DNA of 63,983 bases, the filler included, from Octopus bimaculoides (Eukaryota), in assembly GCF_001194135.2 (NCBI RefSeq). It is 6 parts of 6 records of this genome, joined end to end, with 100 filler letters (N's around TTAATTAATTAA, not from the genome) between each part and the next. Parts side by side here need not be neighbours in the genome. Positions count along the whole stretch, not along the records: positions 1 to 28,257 come from NC_069000.1; 5 more parts are not named here. One strand, given 5' to 3'. The translations under genes and the position numbers were made by a program. Below are positions 13,479-22,953 of this stretch, in pieces. The stretch's first letter is position 1. Each line of letters begins with the position of its first letter. The notes beneath the pieces are model-generated. The model ran no database searches. It had not been told where the DNA came from and was given only the letters and a program-made list of their open reading frames with translations.

Positions 13479-16400
13479 CCTTTCTAATATAAGCAGAAAG
13501 CTTGAAATTTGTTGGGAGAGAGTAAGTCGATCACATCAATCCCAGTATTTGACTGGTACTTAATTTATCGACCTCGAAAGGATGAAAAGTAAAGTCAACC
13601 TCAGAACGTAAAGTCAACCTCAGAACATAAAAATGAATGAAATACTGCTATGCATTTTGCCTGGTGCATTAACAATTCTACCAGTTCACCAAGAAGCAAG
13701 CTTGCAGAGTCATTAGCATGTTGAACAAAATGCTTAGCAGCATTTCTTTCAACTTTACATCTTAGGTTCAAATGTTGTCAAAGTCAACTATGCCTTTCTC
13801 CCTTTTGAGATCAACAAAATACAATATCAATCAGGCCAATGTGTTAATGTAATCAACTAACCTCCCCCTTCTCTCAAATTTCAGGCCTTGTGCCTGTAGT
13901 AAAAAGAATTAATAAAGCATTGAGCTAATGATCAACAACATATTACAAATAGGGGTTTACAGCCATTTAGAGTGCAACAGTGCAGCTATGCTGTAAAAAA
14001 AAAAAATCAATAAAAAAAGTATATTTTCATGAAAGCAAAAAGACTTAGCAAAATATATGAAAGTAAAATGAAAATAACAGTACTTTTAATGTTTCTCCCC
14101 ATGACGGTTTCAGGAACCCTGGTTTTTCTGCATCAGTCACAACTGGGTCTAGTTTCTTACGGAAGAGTATCAACACACAATCCATAATCCGCATAATCAG
14201 ATGTGGAGGGCGGCCAAGTTTTCTGACAGTAGCAATATCAGCCGGACGTATCGTATTTAAAGCTGCTTCTGCCTCTTCCAGGGCTGGACGAGCGGCTTCT
14301 AGTTTTTCCATAGCTATGTTTTTATCAGTAGCAATGCTATCTACTATTTGCTGAGCAATGTCTTTAACTTTCTGCACCTTGTCTTTACTTTGTTCAGTGG
14401 CTTTCGCTTTCTCAGTAACTTCTTTTAACACCATTTCAGCTTTCTCAGTAGCCACAGTAAGCTCTTTCTCTTTCACCACCAGCTGTTTCTTCAGGTCAAC
14501 AACTGTAAGAGAGGCTTCTATCAACTTCTCCAAACCTATAACGAATCATTTTGCATACTTAATTACTAAAAAACAATATATATGAATTTTAGATAACTTT
14601 TTTAAAGATTTTGAATTTTGTTTTGTTCTGTTGATATTCAAATGCAAATAATCATTTTATAAATCATTTAAATAAAAATAAATGTTTTACATGTAATAAA
14701 TTTGACAATTATAAATTTTCAGTGACAAATTCAATTAATCTATTGAATTATTATTTATTTGATTAATTTTTCTAATATAATTCAGAGTGCTAAATTTGGT
14801 GCTAAGAAGTAGTGTTTATTATTTTAATTATTAATTATTTGTATTGATTAATTTTTACAATTTAGTATGAAAATAAACGTAGAAAACTATGCTTGGCTTC
14901 ACAAGTAAAAATGAAAATGACAAGTGTACTGTACCATTTAATGAACTTAAAATGACATGTTTATGCATTAAATTTATGAATAATCTTGACATTTTTATTA
15001 AATTTGAAGGAAAATTACATCTTTTGTACCAAAACTGCACATTGTAACTCAAATTTTTTGCACCTGAGAAGCTGTTTGTTTTGCATCCAAAATCTAATCT
15101 CTATGATTCACTGTATATACATACTTTCAAAACATTGGAAAACCAAAAATGTTTTAGCTTCCACAATGCTACCCCACAAAACACATATGTAGGTGGAACC
15201 AAACCAAAATTGGAACTGAATCCAACCAAAATTTGGAACTAGTGCATGTCTCTGCACTTTTTACTTAAATTTTACAAAGCTTTCAAAGTCACAAAATTTA
15301 ATTCATGATATTGCAAAATTTTATAAAGCTGCCTCTTATTATTATGATGTTTGAGAGCAAAGTGGATATTCTATAAGATCAGTTTCTCACCTAAACAGGG
15401 GCAACTATTTCACACTTAGAAAATTGAATATAATATGGTTTAATCATCTCTTAAGTTTAAATGTAAGATTGCATATTACCATTGTACCTGTAGCAGTAGA
15501 GACTATTTCCTACAAAATGTAGGCTAAGTTGAAACAACCACCAATTACTACAACAGTATCATCTACAAAGAAAGTGTGTGAAGGATTGCTTTTGTGTACT
15601 ATACACTCTGAACACAGCTCCTGTACTTCCCATATTGCTATCTGAGAATAAATACCAACTTAAAAATAATCCTCCTTATCACCAATGCTCACTCAAGAGG
15701 ATTCTGCAAGAAGCATTTCTAAGATTAAGCCAGTACCTGTACAGCTCATTTAGCTTCCTATGACACACTGTATCTGTACTCAATACACCTCCTCCAATGG
15801 TGAATATTTCTCTATCCCTCTAACCGAACAAAGCAAACACTTTAGAAGTTATATAATCTATTACTATAGAAATGTGTATCACAGAGTTAGGTGGTATTTC
15901 AGTCAAGCTTGTTAATAGTTTTTTAGAGACTAATACAACCTTTCAAAGCAGACTACGTTTTGTACTGTCCCTGTACCTGTCCTCTATCTGTCTCCAATAT
16001 TTAAGAACACTTATATGTATGTGATTGTTTGTGTATGTGTGTGAGAGAGGGACAAAGAGAGAAAGAGAGAGAGAGAGAAGCTCATTAAACAGTGATATAC
16101 TGGTTTAAGTAGAAGATGTTTTGTAATCGGCTTTCATTTAAACACTTATGTTAAATGAAAATTGTTCATCCATGCAAAAAAAAAGTGATTGAATCAATAG
16201 CATGACATTTCAGGATTAGGATGAGGTAGAAGTTGTGGCTATCATGTCTTCTGAGAGCGTTAGCAAAGTGAAACACCAGCAATTAAGAAACAAAAAGTAG
16301 GTCATTATGTCAACAATTGTGATGTAAAAAAATACCAACAACACACATTTGAACAACAGTTGAAAGTATGTCACCATGAGGTAACTCCTGTTTAGCACAA

Positions 16401-16749
16401 AACTAAAGGATACACTTCATTTCATGCAATGGAGACAAATGAGAACATTGAATAATCAAAAGTATCTCTTCATAGGTAAAGAGTACACTGAACTATTCCA
16501 GTGGAAAATTGTGTAGGTGTAGGTGGCTGAAGAGACAAGAATTGAGTGACTTGCACAGAAAAAAAAAAAACAAAAACAAAAAAAACATTGTTTGCAGACA
16601 TTATTTACATTATTTACATTTGACAGATATTTGTCCTCATCTTGTTTGTTGTTAACACAACGTTCCGGCTGATATGCCCTCCAGCCTTCATCAGGTGTCT
16701 TGGGGAAATTTCAAACCTAGGTTTTCATCCTAAGGTATTTTCAATGTTA

Positions 16750-16795
<46 letters not shown>

Positions 16796-17050
16796 CATTC
16801 TTCTTCTTATTATTATTCAGGTCACTGCCTGGAATCGAACTCGAACATATGGCGTAGTGGTTAAGAGCGTGGGCTACTAACCCCAAGAGTGGCTGTGTGG
16901 TAAGTAGCTTTCTTACCAGCCACATAGTTCCGGGTTCAGTCCCACTGCGTGGCACTTTGGGCAAATGTCTTCTACTATAGCCTTGGGCCAACTAAAGCCT
17001 TGTGAGTGGATTTGGTAGACAGAGACTGAAAGAAGACCATCGTATATATG

Positions 17051-17081
<31 letters not shown>

Positions 17082-18809
17082 TTGTGTGTGTGTGTTTGTC
17101 CCCCAAACATCGCTTGACAACCGATGGTGGTGTGTTTACGTCCCCGTAACTTAGTGGTTCGGCAAAAGAGACCGATAGAATAAGTACTAGGCTTACAAAT
17201 AATAAGTCCTGGGGTTGATTTGCTTGACTAAAGGCGGTGCTCCAGCATGGCCACAGTCAAATGACTGAAACAATTTAAAAGAAAGTAAAAAGAGTAATGG
17301 TTTATTACTGTTTATATTTTGAATTACATATATATGGGGACACCAACATTTTTTTAAGTGCTTAGGCTTTCTCTGGGTCTTAATCTGGCCCTGTACATAC
17401 CTGTATTCATTCTCTCAACCATTTCACCAAGTTCTTTTCTCTTTTCTGTATAGATAGTCTTGTATCCATTTATGAACGACAGGTAAGATTTTGGTGTTAC
17501 ATGTGTTGATCTTCGGTACCTGTTAAATAGATTTGAAAAAATGCTCATTTTGATATTGTTTATTATTTTACTCTTTTACTGGTTTTAATTGTTGAATTGA
17601 GGCCATGCTGGAGTACCACCTTCAAAATTTTTGGTCATTCACCTTCAACCCCAATACTTATTTCAGTCGTATTTATTTTTTTAATTCTCTGCTTATCAAA
17701 TTTCTAAGTTATGTATTTCACATATCAGATTACACAAATAAGCATAGACACACACACTTGTCTGTCTGTCAGTCTCTCTGTCCATCCATCCGTCCGTCCA
17801 TCCGTCCATCCAGCCATCCATCTATCTATTCATCCATCTATCTATTTGTCTACCCATCCATCTACATATCCATCCATCTATTCGCCTGTCCATCCATCTA
17901 TCCATCTATTGATCTATCAGTCTATCTGTATGTCTGCCTGTCTATCCATTTATGTCTGTCTGTCTATCTATTTGTTTGTCTGTCTGTCCATTTATCTATC
18001 TATCTGTCTGTCTATATATCTAGCTAGCTATCTCTATATCTCTATCTGTGTAAAGAGGTGGGGGCAGGTTTCAACACAGTTTCTATCTTTCTCAGAATTT
18101 TGTCCAGATTTTTTTCTTTCAATCTGTAATAATATGAAGGTGTTTTGAGAAATTTTAGAACCTGTTTCAAAAGATATTGCAATTGAATATTTTCAAATCC
18201 TAGTAATTAACATAAAGAAAGTCTTTCTTCAATATTTCACAGAATCTCTCTTTCTCATGAAATGAATTCAGACTTTAAACATCTGAATCACAAACGGTTC
18301 ATATATCAAATATATGAACCATTTACTCATTAACTTATTTACATTTTTCCACTTAAGCAATTAACGGATATTTGTATTTCATTCATTAGGCAGACTGGTG
18401 AAACCAGTTTCCTGTCTTACTAACAGCACAATGACAGGCTTTGAAACTTGTGACCAATCAGTTAGTTGTCCAATACCTTCATCTCATATGATTGAAGTCA
18501 CAGTACATTGTAAAGGCTTTATTCACGAATCATCATCATCATCACACACAGACACACATATTTGAAGAAAGATATGATCTGTTCATAAAGTCACCCAGAT
18601 TTTCACATCTATTAAGTGCTTAGCTTTACATACATCTCCTCAAACCCTAAACTAGGGTCTGATAAGATGTACGTAAAGCTAAGTGCTTTATGGACAAAAA
18701 CCCTAGGTAAGCCTATGAACTGGCCAAACTATCTTTCTCTAAATATGCTATTGCTCTATAATTTAGAGTGATCTTCTCTTTCGAATTTATGATTTACTAA
18801 TGGTACATA

Positions 18810-18874
<65 letters not shown>

Positions 18875-21800
18875 TTATAAATTAAGGATATAATCATTAA
18901 CATGATTGTATCAGTGGCTAGCATATAAAAAATGACCGTATCAGTAAAATTAATTAAGTATATAATTACAGAGAACTAATTTTTAAGTATATAAAAGAGA
19001 GAACTAATTTAGAGTAGATTGTAAGTATTTGACATCTACTTTTAGCGTATAGGTGCTGGCATTCCAGAGCCACTAGTTATAATAATATTTTATAATTATA
19101 CACTTAATAATTAATTTTGCTGATACAGTCATTTTTTATATGCTAGCTACTGATATAATCATTTTAATGATTATATCCTTAATTTATAAGTATAAATAAT
19201 TTTTGAGTTCTCTAGTCACTATATTATGCTGCAGTTCTGTATTTACTCCGTATGATTTCTGACATTAACCACATGGTCGAGACAAGCTAGTAGATAGAAT
19301 GTATATGCAGGAAATGCATGTATATGCAGGAAATGCATGTATATGCAGGAAATGAATGTATATGCAGGAAATGCATGTATATATTGGTATCTATGTATAG
19401 ATTTATCAGTACGCATATGTATTTCTTGTTCATATGTTTTCAAGCGTATTTCTACTGAGGATTGCAAAGCAATTTCTATTGCAGAGCCATGAAATCTTAA
19501 TATATAAGATTATCTGAAATTTTGTAAATCTTCTTGTCCATTACCTCGCATCCGGCCTAGGGTTATAAACCGAGAACCAATTTTGAGTGGATTATAGGTA
19601 GTTGACATCTACTTTTAGCATATGGGCACTGGCATTCCAGAGCCCTTAATTATAATTATATTTTATAATTATATTGATTTATATATATATATATTGATTA
19701 GTAAATCATAAATCCAAAAGAGAACACTCTAAATTATAGAGCAATAGCGTATTTGGGGAAAGATAGTTTGGCCAGTTCATAGGGTTACCTAGGGTTTTTG
19801 TCCATAAAGCACTTAGCTTTACGTACATCTTATCAGACCCTAGTTTAGGGTTTGAGGAGATGTATGTAAAGCTAAGCACTTAATAGATGTGAAAATCTGG
19901 GTGACTTTATGAACAGATCATAACTATCTTTCTTCAAGTGTGTGTGTGTGTGTGTGTGTAATACATTCTTAGCAAATAAAAGCTGTAAAATTTAAATAAA
20001 TATCTTGTAGTTACCTATGGAAATATTCAGTACAGCATTCAGACACACCATGCTGAAGGGAACCCATTGCATATACGAGCTCTCTCTTTACTTCAACTGT
20101 ACATGCAATATCAAAATTAGAAATGAAGTGATTAGCAACAGCCACAAGTGCATCTTTTGGCCAGCGTTGAAACCAATCGATTGTACAACCAGAGATGAGA
20201 CCCGGAAATTTCAAGGAACGGAGACGAAACTGTTCATCGACCTAATTTAAATGTAAAAGTGAAAAGAGAACGTGTTAAGGGGTTTATTATTGAACAGCTT
20301 TCATTGCTCATCATTGTTTTAATGTCCATTTTTCCATGCTTGCATGGGTCAAAAAGAGTTTACTGAAGCAGATTTTTTTATAGAGGAATACCTTTCCTGT
20401 CACCAACCCTTACCTAGGGGTTGGGAAAGAGAGGAGGTGACTGAATGTACCAGCCACATTATTGCTTCTTATTTTATCAACTCAAAAATCAAAGACAATC
20501 TTGAAGAATATAAAGAGGGATAACTAAATACCAAAAGGAGTCTTTTTTAACTGTGTGGTTAAGAAATGTGTTTCCCAACCAAATGTTGCAGGGTTCAGTC
20601 CCACTGTGTGGGATCTCGGGCAAGCGTCTCCTACTATATAGCCCTGAGTGAACAAAAGCCTTGAGGTTGAATTTGGCAGATGGAAACTGAAAGAAACCAT
20701 GTGTGTGTTACTTTGCTTTGACATTGCATGTCAGCTGTGAACAAGTTTCACTGTCATGCAAGTGGTATCCTTCATTTTAGATGGTTCTTCCATGGAGACA
20801 TGCTTGACCATTTGGGAAATGTTAATTTACTTGGAAGCAGGTGAGGGTTGATGCCAGGAAAGGAATATGGCTGTAGAAAATCTACCTCAACAAATTTCAT
20901 CCAATCCATGCAACCATGGAAAACTTCATATTACAATATTGATGATGATGATGATTTCCAACTGATTTTGACAGCTTCATATTCAATAAAATAGCCATTG
21001 GTTATATGGATAATTGATTAAACATGCCAAACATTGCATTTTTTACATTATCTAGCACAGAAAATCTTTAGGAAAATTTTATGTTAAACTAGCAGAAATA
21101 CCTGGCTTTGCCCGGGTTAAAGAGAATAATGAAATCTAAAAACGCTGTCTAGACTACGCAACCCTCAACTGTTAGTAGCTACGATACCATATTTCTACAT
21201 TAATAACTCTCCAATCCATGCCAGCATGGAACATAGACATTAAGTGGAATGCCAGTCTCTCATCTGGGAAGGCCTTGAAATCAATGTTACCAACTGGGGA
21301 CTATGTATGTCGTAGTGATAATAAAAAGACCCAAAGGAGGTCTGCAACGAAATAATTTTACTCAACACTTTGCAAGTGAATCAGTGGAGGCAAAGATGCG
21401 TCTCATTTACTTGACAATTTATGCACCACATTGCAGAAATCACAATGAAAGTATATCTGANNNNNNNNNNNNNNNNNNNNNNNNNNNNNNNNNNNNNNNN
21501 NNNNNNNNNNNNNNNNNNNNNNNNNNNNNNNNNNNNNNNNNNNNNNNNNNNNNNNNNNNNNNNNNNNNNNNNNNNNNNNNNNNNNNNNNNNNNNNNNNNN
21601 NNNNNNNNNNNNNNNNNNNNNNNNNNNNNNNNNNNNNNNNNNNNNNNNNNNNNNNNNNNNNNNNNNNNNNNNNNNNNNNNNNNNNNNNNNNNNNNNNNNN
21701 NNNNNNNNNNNNNNNNNNNNNNNNNNNNNNNNNNNNNNNNNNNNNNNNNNNNNNNNNNNNNNNNNNNNNNNNNNNNNNAAATGACTAATGTGTGTGTTTG

Positions 21801-22016
21801 TGTGCATGTGTGCATGTGTGTGATGGGTGTATATATGTATAGATATCTGGATGCATGTATATATATGTATATATGTGTACATATTACATGTACATCTATA
21901 TATATACATCTACACATATGTATACATATACATGTATGCATATAGATCTATATCTATATATATACGTATATCTATGCATATACGTGTACATATACATGTA
22001 TATGTATACATATACA

Positions 22017-22054
<38 letters not shown>

Positions 22055-22920
22055 TCTCTTCCTCTTTCTCTCTCTCTCTCTATCTCTCTATTTCTCTCTC
22101 TCTCTGAAAGTATCTGTCATTACAGTATCGAAATGTGATTGTTTCAGTTAGTGGAATAGTTTCATTTTTAAAGTGAAAGTATTTGACATGAGTGTTTTTG
22201 TTTCACTTTTGACAGGTAATACTTAAATAGTGGAGGAGATATTATGTTGCCGTGGGCTCGAACTCTGCAAGAAGTTAAAAAAATTTTTTACTAAAACACA
22301 ACTGGAACCCTAAGTAAGGCATCTGTAAAATTTGAATGAAATTGGTTGCGTAGTTCTCGAGTTTTAGGGATACACACACACACACACACAGACAGACAGA
22401 CAGACAGACATTCTCATTTTTATATATATAGATGATTCTTCATTGTACAAAATGAAAGCTTTGTTTATTTTTAGTTTGAATACGTTTTGATCTGAATTTC
22501 ATTGACTTGATATATGCGAATGTGAGGTCAACTTTCACATCAGGTAGATCAAAATAACATTATTACTTTTTTACTTGTTTCAGTCATTTGACTGTGGCCA
22601 TGCTGGAGCACCGCCTTTAGTCAAGCAAATCGACCTCAGGACTTATTTTTTGTAAGCCTAGTACTTATTCTATCGGTCTCTTTTGCCGAACTGCTAAGTT
22701 ATGAGGACGTAAACACACCAGCATCGGTTGTCAAGCGATGTTGAAGAGACAAACACAGACACACAAAGATACACACACACATATATATACATACATACAT
22801 ACATACATACGACAGGCTTCTTTCAGTTTCCATCTACCAAATCTACTCACAAGGCTTTGGTCGGCCCGCGGCTATAGTAGAAGACACTATGTGTATATAG
22901 TGTGTGTGTGTGTGTATGTG

Positions 22921-22953
<33 letters not shown>

